A stretch of DNA of 64,000 bases from Octopus bimaculoides (lineage: Eukaryota). The number at the start of each line of letters is the position of its first letter. Position 1 is the first letter of the stretch. The notes beneath the pieces were generated by a model that saw only the letters and a program-made list of their open reading frames with translations, searched no databases and was not told the origin of the DNA. The position numbers and the translations under genes were made by a program. The stretch covers positions 168,704-232,703 of the forward strand of contig NC_068995.1 of NCBI RefSeq assembly GCF_001194135.2, given 5' to 3'. Below, piece after piece: positions 14,201 to 27,045 of this stretch.

Positions 14201-14730
14201 GCATACATCGATAAATATATTCCATGATCTATAATATCCTTGTTGGTTGAGTGGAAAGTCGTTATTGCCATGAGCTCCATTCTGCCCAGGCTTAGGACAT
14301 GCAAAGCGGAAATTTGCCGCGATTTCTCCATACCTAGAATTTGCCGATGGTTCGTGCCTCATACACTGCTTTTAGTAGTTTTAGGTTTAAATCCAGTTTC
14401 ATCAATGCTTCGGCCGGTTCCTTTCCCTTCACCACTGATTTGAGAAGCGATGTTAGGTCTGCTTCTCTTAGGAACTTTAATTTCTTCAGTTTTACACCTC
14501 CGTGAATATCCTCGTTGAATGAGTTCACAGCTGGTTGCATTGTTCTACTCGCCTGCAATCACTTCGACACTTGACGTGTGGTACACCTGTGCACCAGTCC
14601 AGGTAACGTCGATTTGATGGGGCGGGGTGAGCTGATGTACAGCACAACACACATTTGATCACTATAAACAAATCATTTGTACAGGTTGCTCGGCAAAAGC
14701 TGATCACGCATACGTTGTCTTCGACGGGAG

Positions 14731-14768
<38 letters not shown>

Positions 14769-14957
14769 ATGTGAAAACATTAATTAACAATTCAATAAAT
14801 ATACTAAAATATAAACAAGATTGAACTTACGAAAAGAATAAACCCTCAACTCCGCTTGGTAACAATGCTCTGGCATTGTCTGGTGCCTGAGACCACACAC
14901 ACACACACACACACGCTTCCAATGAAGCATAGCCAACAAGTTTTAGATGTGACTTAC

Positions 14958-15209
14958 GTAGTTGTCTGCGTCTTCATTAATATTCGTCTTCTTGGTCGAC
15001 ATAATGGTGGATGGTTTGAAGGTTTCGAAGGCAATTTCTTCCAATTTGCGTCGCGCAATTTCTTCACTTTTATTCCAGTTTCTTAACAAGCGACGGAAGC
15101 GACGTCTAGCGAGAAATCCGCGAACGGCGGCTTGTAGCATGACGACACCGCGCTCTAACTCCATTTTCCTCATGTTCAGTTGGTCCAAATGATGATATTT
15201 TAGAAAAAT
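14958..15209 (-). CDS. MYO3: Myosin exon (end of converter, IQ motif, start of tail): IFLKYHHLDQLNMRKMELERGVVMLQAAVRGFLARRRFRR...EDADNY
   Basis: Acceptor tcccttttccag|, donor |gtaagt, 252 nt, phase 0-0; IQ motif LQAAVRGFLAR. Confidence 0.95.
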
Positions 15210-15276
15210 CTGGAAAAGGGAGGAATTATATATATATATGTATATATAAATATATGCATGTATATATGTATGTATG

Positions 15277-15335
<59 letters not shown>

Positions 15336-16861
15336 GTTCAAGCCACCATTGTCAAACTCCTGATAAAAAGCGTCATTACCAACATCAACAAATGCAAGAC
15401 TAACACAAACACACACATTATACATACATACATACATACAAAGAAGGTAAAAAGAGAGAAAATAGAAATAGGCAATGCGGGCAAGTTTAATAAAACCCTT
15501 ATATTTCAGCTGCAAGGGTTCATCTTCAAAAGAAAAGAACAACCTAAGAAAAGTCCCGTTATGTCGGTTCTCGTTCAAATTGCCTCGCGTTTATGTAACG
15601 GCTGCAGTCGCTCCCCAAACGTAAGTGTAATGGTCGTTCCACACATTGATGTAAACAAGCACCCACTTATATCGGCTACTCAGCGTCTGTGGTGTGAAGG
15701 CGTTGTATTGGCAGCAGCATCAGTAGTGGTGGTCACCCTTAAGTGTTGCCGGCTGTCCGAGTGTTGGTTTGAACATATCTCAGCTGCTGTTGTAGACCGT
15801 TCACCACCTGTTGGATGCTGTCATAGGTGCCGCCGGCTCAACTCCGATCGACTGTTAATTTTCGGGTTGAAGCGGTGGATCAGCAGAGTCTCTTCTTACT
15901 TTCCTCGGTACGACAATGTTTCAAGCGAACTACAAAGCTCTTATACATACATACATACACACACAAACACGCACACATATATGGGTGTGGGGGATGGCGG
16001 TGTGTAGGTGTGTGTGTGAATTACACACACACACATAATAAACTAACAGTGATTTTTAAAAAAATATTATCCCATGGCCATAAAATGTGAACAGCAAGTC
16101 GGGTATAGGTGGATGGACTAAAAAGGTAAGAGGGTTCCTTCAGACCCAAGGCAGTGACCGAACCATTCTTGGAGGCCACGTAACAGTATTAAATCGACCG
16201 TTGAATTAATTCTACATTCAAAAGGAGAGAACAAAAAGAAAAGGAAAAGGAGTAAGACAATCCGCACCCTGCAATGGACTTTTAAGTTGTTTTGGGGTCT
16301 AAAAAATTCTCTCACACGACTCTGTTCACTCAGAGGTGAAGGTGCAGGAAACTTTCTCAAAGAGTCACTTGGTAGGGTTAACTGAAACTCGAATCACGAG
16401 ATGGCAAGTGGACTTCTTCACAACACAACTATGGCTGTGTCTTGTTTGTTGATATAAGATACAACCTGTATGGGACTTCCTTTCGTAAGAGTTCTCAGAA
16501 TAAGTAAAACAAAATGATTTAACAATAACGAAGTCAATCGGGCCTTTCCTTCATTGAAGTGGTCTATCTACACAAATATATACTTATTGATTCAGGAAGA
16601 GAAAAGGTTAATCAAGTATTTAAGGAAGGGTGGAATGGAAGGCGGACAAAAAAAATCCCCAAAGAATGCTGGCAATTGTATTCTTTTTTGAGTTTGTTTT
16701 ACGAAATAAAACGGAATAAAATAACATAAATATACATATATTATCGTTTATAAAAGCATACATCACGTGTTCAAGCTCACGTTTGAAGTTATTGCAATGT
16801 GTGCATGTGGGGGGGGGGGTCAATCAATTATTATTATTATTATTATTATTATTAACATTAT

Positions 16862-17160
16862 TCCGCCGAGGTCGATTTGCCTTTCATCCTTTCGGGGTCG
16901 ATTAAGTAAGTACCAGTTACACACTGGATCGATGTAATCGACTTAATCCCCTCCCCCACGCTACTCTTGTGACAAAAAATTTCAAATCATTATTATTATT
17001 AAGTCGGCGAGTTGGCAGACTAAATACTTAGCGATATTTCGCCCGTCGCTATGTTCTGAGTTCAAATTCCACCGAGGTCGACTTTACCTTTCATCCTTTT
17101 AGGGTCGATAAATTAAGTACCAGTTGAGTACTGGAGCCGATATAATCGACTTAAACCCCA
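16862..17160 (+). mobile_element. Two SINE family A copies (one partial) in (TTA)n
   Basis: ccgccgaggtcgatttgcctttcatcctttcggggtcga; the second copy has a head with B-box-like gagttcaaattcc. Confidence 0.8.
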
Positions 17161-17280
17161 GATTTCAGTGTTCTTAGGGCAGCTAGGATCGTTCTAAGGT
17201 TACTTGTAGCCTGATGTTAGAGTTTTTTTTCTAACTGTCTAATCTGTTGCGAGTATATGAAAATAATAATAATAATCCAT

Positions 17281-17443
17281 TCTATTATAGGCACAAGGTC
17301 TGAATTTTTTTTTTTTGGTGGGGGGGGGGGGGATTAAAGGCAAAGTCAACCTCGGCGGATTTTGAACTCAGAACGGAGCGACAAGCGAGTTACCGTTAAG
17401 CATTTTGTCCGGCGCGCTAACGATTCTGCCAGCTCGCCGCCTT
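17281..17443 (-). mobile_element. SINE family A
   Basis: aaaggcaaagtcaacctcggcggattttgaactcagaac..cgattctgccagctcgccgcctt. Confidence 0.8.
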
Positions 17444-17704
17444 AATAGTAATAATAATAATTATTATTATTATTATAACAATAATTTTACTGTTATACAC
17501 GATTCTTGCCTACTACTAGTCTTGGCAGCTGTTTTTTGTAACTAGTAGCTGACCGGAAGCATTTCACTCGTGTGAACTGACGAGTGGTGGTTCTTTAAAT
17601 AATTCTGTAGAACACAAAGCGAAAAGCTTTGGTGAAACTGGTTGCCAAGAGGTTGACTAAAACACTAAAATTTGACCAATTGTCAATAACTCCTTCTATA
17701 AAAC

Positions 17705-17800
17705 CTTTCGCTTCATGAGATCCGTCTTTGATAGGATTAGCGCCAGGCCTGGGTTCGGTGAAGCTCTGATCAATTTAGATCAATCAAGGTCGATCATTTT
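17705..17800 (+). mobile_element. Tx1/L1-like reverse transcriptase fragment
   Basis: MRSVFDRI..PGFGEALINLDQS followed by aggtcgatcat, which fits ALINLDQS[KAFD]RVDH with a short deletion. Confidence 0.5.
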
Positions 17801-19098
17801 TGCTAGGTTGTTGGTCCTAATCATAACCTCTTTAGATCCCGTCTTCCCCCCACCCCCATCGTTACAATGCGCAACAATGTTTTTTTGGTGGTCAAATTAC
17901 GCGGCCAGTTCTCGGAACGGTTCCTCAAAGTGCTCTCATCTCACCAACTTTCTTGTCATTTTCGTTTCTTTTGTGTTTTGGTGCTGAAACCATTCCCATG
18001 AAGACTGGAAACATTGAGAAGCAACCGTTCGAACGTGGAAACAAGAGAGTCGTGTCTACATACCCGACACTCTTATAGTGTCGGTCACACTGGAAAGCAA
18101 AGTGGGGCGAACAGTTCTGGACACACTTCAGGAGAATTGAAGCCGTTTTTTGAAGATTAGGGAAAATAAAAGGAAAAAAGAAAAATGACCACAGGATGTT
18201 GCTTCAGCATTTTCACCTTTGACCGATATTCAGATTTACTGTTTCCGGCTGTAGAATTAGAAACCTCGGTATTGTGGTTTGGAGCTATCTATAACGGATT
18301 ACTTGTGCAACTATGTATCGCTAACAACAAGAGCAGCAACAACAACGCCATGATAACCATCGTAGTCGTCATTATCATCGTCATCATTAAGCTAAACAAA
18401 AACAACAACAACAACAACAGCTCTAGTTAATACAAACAAGCTCCTGTCTGAAGACTTTCTAATACAAATAACGGGACATTTTTTTTCTCTTGAATTTCAA
18501 TACTTTTTATTGAAATTTTATTCTAACACATACATGTACACACACACAAATGCACACATACACAAGCATACGTAGTCACACACACACACACACACACACA
18601 ATCCATATGAATAAAATGAAAACCAGTTTATTACCCCCCCCCCACCTCCTCTCTTCTCTCCTTAGTTCTTTCTGTCTTTATCTCCTCTGCTCGCTCTTTG
18701 TGTCATTACTCTATCGCCGCTTCTCTTTATGCTCGCCTTTCTCTCTCCCTCCCTCCCTCTCTCTCTCTCTGTTACTTTCTTTTAAATTCACCAAAGAAAT
18801 GTAGAACCAGACGGGAACTGGCCAACAAGAGCTGATAATCAAAGAAAGTATTTGACGATCAGCAGGGTGAATGGTCTGCTACTGCAAATGGTAGACAAAT
18901 GTGGCACGGAGTACATTCGCTCGCTATTCATCATAGTCTTATAACCTCCTCCTCCTCCTTTTCTTCACTCCCCTCTTCTTCTCTCACTCTCTCTTGCTCT
19001 TCGCGTACTTTCGTCAATCGATCACATGACAGCCCATAGTTCACACAGCAACACATACGTGCATAGACATACGCACACAAAAATATAATAGCTACAAA

Positions 19099-19129
<31 letters not shown>

Positions 19130-19370
19130 TTGTGTGGATGTAGGTAGCGGGGAGAGGCTTAGATTCGACTTATTACAAACGATTTACCAAACTAACGTAA
19201 CTGACTGACTTCATCAGCAGAACGGTTGGTGGTGTGTTGTGTGTGTGTGTGATGGGGGATACCTGCAATACCACAAGTCTGGTGAAATCGCCTGAACCCA
19301 GTGCTATTACCTAAGTCTCACCCATTGACAAATAACACCACATATAATATATGATATATCTATATCTATA

Positions 19371-19416
<46 letters not shown>

Positions 19417-19530
19417 NNNNNNNNNNNNNNNNNNNNNNNNNNNNNNNNNNNNNNNNNNNNNNNNNNNNNNNNNNNNNNNNNNNNNNNNNNNNNNNNNNNN
19501 NNNNNNNNNNNNNNNNNNNNNNNNNNNNNC

Positions 19531-19573
<43 letters not shown>

Positions 19574-19884
19574 GATATATACAGATATATTTTTTATTTT
19601 ATTTATTTTTTTATTTTAATTTATCTAGTTTCAGCTCACGACCTGTGGCCATGCTGGGGCACCACCATTTGGTGTTGCTACATAATATTACTTCACGAAT
19701 GGTTTTTAAGAATTGACATTTGGTGCATGAGAGCGTTTGATGCAGCTGCACTCATCTGCACCTCCTGCCGCGAAGTTGGTTTATCGGGGACACTTGACAA
19801 GAAAAGGTCTAACGTTACTTTGAAGACGCCTACATCCACCCCAGGCAGGTCTCAGGTCCTTCAGGAGGATATTGAAGAGCTGTG

Positions 19885-19939
<55 letters not shown>

Positions 19940-19946
19940 AATGCAT

Positions 19947-20385
19947 ATGGAATAACAAAATAAACAAAAATAAGTGCATACGTGGTTGAGTTGTTAAGAA
20001 GTTTTCTTCTCAACCACGCAATTCCGGGTACGATCCTGTTTCACAACAAGTTTGTCAAGTCTTTTAAGATATGACTTCAATATATATTTATATACATACA
20101 TGCAAGGACTCGCATATATGTATATGGATACATTTGATACACTGACAAATACACACACACTCACACACATGCATCTGCACTCCCAACAACTTCCGACTGA
20201 CTTATGCAATTTTACGTCATTAAAATTGTATTCAGAAATCATTTTTTTACATTGAAGTCATATCTTAAAAGACTTGACAAACTTGTTGTGAAACAGGATC
20301 GTACCTGGAACTGCGTGGTTGAGAAGGAAACTTCTTAACAACTCAACCACGCATGCACTTATTTTTGTTTATTTTATTATTCCAT
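19947..20385. repeat. Inverted repeat, 135-bp arms, 169-bp spacer
   Basis: 19947-20081 versus the reverse complement of 20251-20385: 5 mismatches by eye. Confidence 0.92.
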
Positions 20386-20774
20386 CTCGCTTTGAAGTTT
20401 TTCGTTAGAATTCCTTAATTACGTCACAGACCTTGGTAATGAATTCCATTGCTCTTTAAGAATGTCTTCATATTTTGTATGCGTCCGCATATATATACAT
20501 ACATGTATACACACACACACATATATATATATATATTTACATACAAAACACACATATATATATACATACACATGCATATATATAATATATGTATGTACGT
20601 GCATAAATATATATATGCGCGCACGCGTCTATGCGTGCATGTGCATATATATATGTATACATATCTATCTATCTATATATGAGTGTGTGTGTGTGTCTGC
20701 GTGTACTTATGCATACGTATGTGTGTATGTGTGTATAGATGTGTGTGTGTGTGTGTTTAGGCACAACCGTGGCA

Positions 20775-21150
20775 ACGTAATTAAGAGGTTCTCGTAACAT
20801 CGTGTTTTCGGTTTAGTCCCGGGGGCCGCACCTTGCTCAAATGTCTTCTACTATCGGCTCGGACCGATAGATCCCTTCTGGGTGAATTTGATAAATAGAA
20901 ACTGTGTGGAAACCTGCCGAATACACATACGTTTATGTGAGTGTGTCTCTCGTCTGTGTTTGTCACCACACGGCTTGATGACCAGTTTTGGTTTGCGTAC
21001 GTCCATTTAGCCCAGGGGCTCAGCAAAAGTAACATGTAGGAGAGAATGCCACGCTTATAATAAGAACTGCGGTTAATCGGTTCGACTAACTCTATATGGC
21101 AGTGCTCCAGCATGGTCGCAGTCCCGTGATTGAATCGAGTGAAAGAACAC
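20775..21150 (+). mobile_element. SINE family B (degenerate)
   Basis: caccttgctcaaatgtcttctactatcggctcggaccga..cggcttgatgacc..ccagcatggtcgcagt. Confidence 0.6.
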
Positions 21151-21453
21151 ACACACATACACACACTTATAAATAGACATGCGTACGTACATATTGTATA
21201 TTAATATGTATATGTGAGTATCTGTTTCTATGTAACTCAGAGTAACGAATTGTGTCTCTCTAGGTTAAAAATGCAACAAAGTGATTTGATAAGTAAAGAT
21301 CGATGAAATAATAAGTTGTTAAGTGGAACTGATCTACCGACTAACACTCCCTGAAAACAGTGCCCCAGTATGGCCGTAGTACAACGAGTGAAACAACTGG
21401 AAGAATAAAACAATACAGAAATAATAGAATAAGAATGAAACAGATGTTATTAC

Positions 21454-21565
21454 CTTCGTTTCTCCTATAGAATACTCTTCAAGCTTGACATCTTTGGCAA
21501 TTTTGGCACAGTTTGGTGCCGTCGCTTCAACTTTGGCCAGCGAAGGGAACGTTAATATCTTGTAT
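21454..21565 (-). CDS. MYO3: Myosin converter exon: YKILTFPSLAKVEATAPNCAKIAKDVKLEEYSIGETK
   Basis: Acceptor tttatctttcag|, donor |gtaata, 112 nt, phase 2 to 0; ends in GxTK, which continues into IFLK in the next exon. Confidence 0.93.
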
Positions 21566-22020
21566 CTGAAAGATAAACAGTATATATTCCAGGTTCAATT
21601 CAGACCAGTGTTTGTGGTATAGTTGTAGCTTGAATAAGAATTGACAAGCGAAGATTCAATTCTCAAATTACACACACANNNNNNNNNNNNNNNNNNNNNN
21701 NNNNNNNNNNNNNNNNNNNNNNNNNNNNNNNNNNNNNNNNNNNNNNNNNNNNNNNNNNNNNNNNNNNNNNNNNNNNNNNNNNNNNNNNNNNNNNNNNNNN
21801 NNNNNNNNNNNNNNNNNNNNNNNNNNNNNNNNNNNNNNNNNNNNNNNNNNNNNNNNNNNNNNNNNNNNNNNNNNNNNNNNNNNNNNNNNNNNNNNNNNNN
21901 NNNNNNNNNNNNNNNNNNNNNNNNNNNNNNNNNNNNNNNNNNNNNNNNNNNNNNNNNNNNNNNNNNNNNNNNNNNNNNNNNNNATATATATATATATATA
22001 TATATATAAGTATGCATAGC

Positions 22021-22200
22021 CTTTTTATTATAGGCACAAGGCCTGAAGTTTGTGGGGAGAGAGTGAGTCGATTACATCGACCCCAGTACTCAGCTGGTAC
22101 TTCTTTTATCGACTCCGAAGGATGAAAGGCAAAGTCGACCTCAGCGGAATTTGAGTTCAAAGTATAAAGACGGACGACATGCCGTTAAGCACTTTGTCCA
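22021..22200 (-). mobile_element. SINE family A
   Basis: taggcacaaggcctgaag..gattacatcgaccccagtactcagctggtac..gaaggatgaaaggcaaagtcgacctc. Confidence 0.8.
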
Positions 22201-22475
22201 ACATCCATTTGTCCGTTAACCATTTTGTCTACTTTGAAATCTATGTTCTACAATCTTCAATTTCCGTCCGACTTTTGGTATAAACATCATCATATCTTCT
22301 ATTAATTTAATGCATTTTCATGTGACGCGAAGCACATATCTATCTGTCTATCTATCTATCTATCTTATCCATCTATCCATCTATCTATGCATATGCATGC
22401 AGTCATAATACATACTAAAACAAGCACATACATAGCGAGTGAGTGAATGAGTGAGAGAAGGGGTGTGAAAGAAAG

Positions 22476-22509
<34 letters not shown>

Positions 22510-23124
22510 CGGTAGACAGACAAAGTACATGAGAGATCGCGATAAGAGATAAATTAGATCGACGAACAATGGGTGAAAGATTTGAAGGTTGTTCATTCTT
22601 TCAAGATAAAAGACGGAAGAGGAGTTTGTGAATCAGAAAGTTTGTCATTGATTCGTCTGAGTGAACGAAAGAAAAGAGCACGAAAAGACCCGAGACCAGC
22701 AGATTCTATTATATTTAACAACAACGTCAACAAAACGTTTAAACAGTTACGCACTATTTTCAATTGAAGTCAATGAAGAATTCTCAGTCTCTTGTAAGAG
22801 GATGAGAATTATATATTTACTCGATTATATACTGTGACAAAATTAGGTGACGTTGAAAAAAAAAAACCCTTCTAGTATAATGAATGTTTTTCATGAAAGG
22901 TAAAATAACCTGTTAGCCAGAAATGTAAGCCATTGAATTAATTTATTTTGTTGGCTCCAATACAGGATCGAAGAGCCGACCGAACAATGTAGAACCAGAC
23001 ACACAGAGGAACAAACACAAAACATAAAAACCATACACGTACAATGACACAACATCTTCAATTAACAACATAACGATATTGGATACTGTGCGGCATGTAA
23101 TAATCCTTCCTAATGTAGACATAA

Positions 23125-23290
23125 GTCAATCACATCGACCCCAGTACTTGACTGGTATTTAATTTATCGACTCCGAAAAGATGAAAAGCAAAGTCGACCT
23201 AGTCGGAATTTGAACTCAGAACGTAGCGACGGGCGAAATACCGTTAAGCGTTTTGCCCGGCGCACTAACGATTCTGCAAATCGACGCTTT
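23125..23290 (-). mobile_element. SINE family A
   Basis: catcgaccccagtacttgactggta..gatgaaaagcaaagtcgacc..gaatttgaactcagaacgtagcgacgggcgaaatacc. Confidence 0.8.
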
Positions 23291-24575
23291 ATCATTATTA
23301 TGATGATGATGATGATTATAGATGCTTGTCTTTTCAGAAATGAAATACCTTGGTGTGTCTGACCTTATTGACCAAGAAAATATTCAGAATGGATTGAACT
23401 CCGAGATCGAATTCCAATCAGGTTATTGTGTTTATATTCTCATGTAAACCTGAAAAGAGTGAAAAACCGAGAAACACCCCAACCCGTCCTTAAAAAGTTC
23501 TCGTAATTATTACACACCCAGAGACACGCGAGTTGCGAGCCAACAAAGGACCACGGCGCAGCTGGAGTCCAACTACATAATTTTTAATCGACCTTAAACC
23601 ATCACCACCTACTCAACTATTAAGACAGACGAAATACCGATTTCTTTACTAGGCATAAATCCCTAAACATAGATGGGGACACCACAAGGACAGACAAGAC
23701 CACAGTGGGGAGAAAAAACATAAAACGAATGTAAATGAAATGAAAGTTATATCAAAATGAAAAAACGAAAATGGACGCATGGGCCCCCACTCCCATGCAG
23801 TGCCATTTGAACCGTTATATGTATTATCTACAATTGTTCTTTTTTTTTCCTTTAATTCCATACTTTTTTTTGTCTTTAGTAGAACTTCATTAGTGGTTCG
23901 ATATCTCTCAAATCCACCACTGGTGGCGACTCTTTAAATTCCACCTCTACTCCTGGCGGGTCAATGCTATCTCCACACATCTCTTTCAACTTTCTGTAGT
24001 TTTCTTCTTCAATCAATATTGCCTTCATATCCTCTGCGTAGACGTATGAAGGCACGAAAAAACAAAACGAAAAACGAAACACTGAAATTGAGCAAAGCAT
24101 TCAGTCTCACACCCACCCATGTACCCACACACGCATTCACAGACAGACACATATGTTTATATATATATATGTATAACACCTCACCAAAAGGAGTAGAAAA
24201 TCAGATGTTCATATATCTTCTTTTTCAACCTAATACATTTGAACCTCTCTTTTTTTTTTTCAGCGCAAATCATAATTACCTAATTAGTTCATTTCATTAT
24301 CTATGTAAACACAGTTTCGTCTGCCACGCTCTATGTTTGAACTCTCCCTCTCTTTCACGCTCATTTATTCATTCATTTATTCATTAATTTATCTAATTTT
24401 GTCACAGATTGGCTGACCGAAAACTCCTGGTTATAGCTCTAGTTAAGAATTTCAAATGCTCAATTCTATCTCGTTATTATAATATTCTCCCACATCGGCA
24501 GCCTGAGTTTTTGCTGTTTCGCGGTACGCCAGCCCTTCTCAAAGAGAAGGAAAGAAAAGATGTGTGTGTGTGTGT

Positions 24576-24623
<48 letters not shown>

Positions 24624-25841
24624 TGTTGTATAGTATATAGGAAACTTGGGCAGAGCCGTCATTCGGGTTGGGCAGGATTCAGATGTAATAGAGGCAACGT
24701 TTTATGTGACAGAGCTGCATGTAACAACTAGGTTGTATGATGTTTAAGAGAGTTCTAGACAACCCTGCCCATCTATGACATATCTGTGGCCTTGTGCCTT
24801 TGTCAGAGCAAAAAAAAAAACATTAAAAGAAATTATTATTATTATTATTATTGCGTCCTTGTGACAAATAAGTTTTATGCGCGTTGCGGAGCAAAGAATT
24901 CGATAAAATTGCAGCTAATAATAAGTGTTTTCATTCAATTAAGCTGTTAATATTTTTATGTGAGGGCAGCATGACTGCCTCACCTTCTCCTCCATTGTTG
25001 GTTCTTTTCTACACATCTGTTATTCCACGTGATTTAAAGTATCTAAATACATTAGACACACATAAATGCTGACCATTTCCAAGCGCTCTGGTTTGAAGTA
25101 AGTCCGCACAAAATGAAGGACTATTGCTGCAATCCTGGAGTCACAGTCGGAAATGATCAGTGCGTGGGAATGCACATGAGTAATGGTGCAGCAGCGTTCT
25201 GAGTGCATTTTATTAACATGGGTAACAGTGAGCAAGAGATTAGGTTGATCGGAGTCTGAGATCAATAAGAAAAAGCAGAAAAAAATGGAACCATGGTGTT
25301 TCTGTCGAAAACATTTATTCGCTATCATTAGAACCACTGCTCCTAATTATGGTTGCTACAAGGCTTCAATCTAACAGCGGAGTTCGAAGCAATCCAACAC
25401 TTTTGTACTTAGAAGGTTGCTTCAGTGCAACAGAATAGATACTGGAGCAGGCTACAAAAATTGAAGATCTGCTCCCTACAACGAGGGCGCAGTAGATATG
25501 GAGTGATATCTATCTATCTATCTATCTGCCTACTTATATACCTACCTATCTATTTATCTATCTGTCTGTCTGTCTCTCTATGCCTTGATGGATGTCTTTC
25601 TATCCATGAACATGTATATCAAATATATTATACATATGTATGCATAAATACAGATATACAGGCACGCACACACACACATTATCTCTCTCCCCCTCTCTCT
25701 CTCTGTATGTATATATATATATATATATATATATAAAGATGTATACATGCTTGTGTTTGTGTGTGGGCTTGTACGTGTGTATGTATGATGTCATTTAACA
25801 TTATAAATCATAAAATATAATAATATATTTTAAATGTAATA

Positions 25842-25886
<45 letters not shown>

Positions 25887-26249
25887 AGTTGTGAATCATA
25901 TACAAAACGACTGAGAAAAAGTAAGAAGGTAAGGCAGCCACACCGCTCTCATAAAAATATTATTGGTTTAAGTGAATGGAAAAGTGTGTTATAAACTGCA
26001 ATTTTATTGAATACTTTTCAGTGAAATGCAAAGACAGCTTATTGCATCGCAAGGACGAAAAGCCGAGAGGAGAATATCAAAGGCACGATATACAACACAC
26101 GAAAATGATCAAAAGAAAATCAACAGCAATAAATATAGCAAAAATTATAAAAATAGAATTAAGAAATAAAAAAAAATCAACCAGATAAGGGAAAATATTC
26201 GATTAAGAGTTATTTGGGGAAAGCACCGCACCAAATATTCCGATTTATT

Positions 26250-26860
26250 CTGCCGACTACAAAGCATCGAAAGATCCGTCTCCTCCAGTTTCTATCTTAC
26301 TCACAGTAGGCTTATTCAAGCTCACTAGTATTGCCTCTCTCATCCACTATAAGTACACTAGAAGGCAGTGCCTTCCTCCTGAAATGGTGGTACTTGAGGC
26401 CTTGCCCAGATTAGAAAATACCTGTCTTCAAAACTTTGAGACGACTCCACCAAACAACCCCTTTCGCCACCGCCATCATCAAGCAGGTCAAAATTTGCCT
26501 CTCTTTCCTGTTAAAAGAAGGAAGCACATCGACCTACGCTCAGGTTCAACGGAGAGCCGGGTTCGCTCCCCACGAACCAAGTCCACAAGATACTAATGAA
26601 CGGACACTGGGTGACGGTGGGTAGACCCGGTTTTGGGCTTCTATGCTATGTTTTGGCGCATATACTTTAACACAGACAACCCAACCTTCATGTTTGGTGT
26701 TGAAGAAATGGCGATTCTCGCCGCTGGTCCGTCGTCTGTGTCGTCTCTTCTCACTGCACCTTTCTCACTCACTATTTTCTTTTCTAATCTGATGTTCTTC
26801 GTAGCTAACTCTTCTAAAACCAACAGAAACTCCTCTGATTTTCCTTTTTTGTGAAAGCCA
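26250..26860 (-). mobile_element. Tx1/L1-like LINE ORF2 C-terminal remnant
   Basis: Minus-strand frames give TQCPFISILWT and MAVAKGVVWWSRLKVLKTGIF*SGQGL, resembling the Tx1 ORF2 C-terminus from memory; GC-richer than the flanks; many stops. Confidence 0.5.
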
Positions 26861-26879
26861 AATAATAATAATAATAATG

Positions 26880-27045
26880 GTTTCAACTCTTGCCACAAAG
26901 CCAGCGATTTCGAGAGAGGGTGGGGGGCAAATCGATTACATCGACTCTAGGTCTCAATTGATACTTATTTTATCGATTTCTAGAGGATGGAGGGCAAGGT
27001 TAGCCTCTGCGTGATTTGAATTTAGAACGTAACGACGGACGAAAA
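26880..27045 (-). mobile_element. SINE family A (degenerate)
   Basis: tgccacaaagccagcgattt..tcgattacatcgac..gatggagggcaaggt..atttgaatttagaacgta. Confidence 0.6.

Noticed and set aside
15258-16007. 249-aa + strand ORF
   Set aside because: It starts and ends in microsatellites and has no recognisable domain. The opposite strand has a short EETLLIHRFNPKIN stretch (about 15826-15900) reminiscent of a Penelope GIY-YIG end, too weak to call.
19727-19963. 78-aa + ORF, and a minus-strand acceptor-like site at about 19880
   Set aside because: All three minus-strand frames stop within 33 codons, and there is no motif on either strand.
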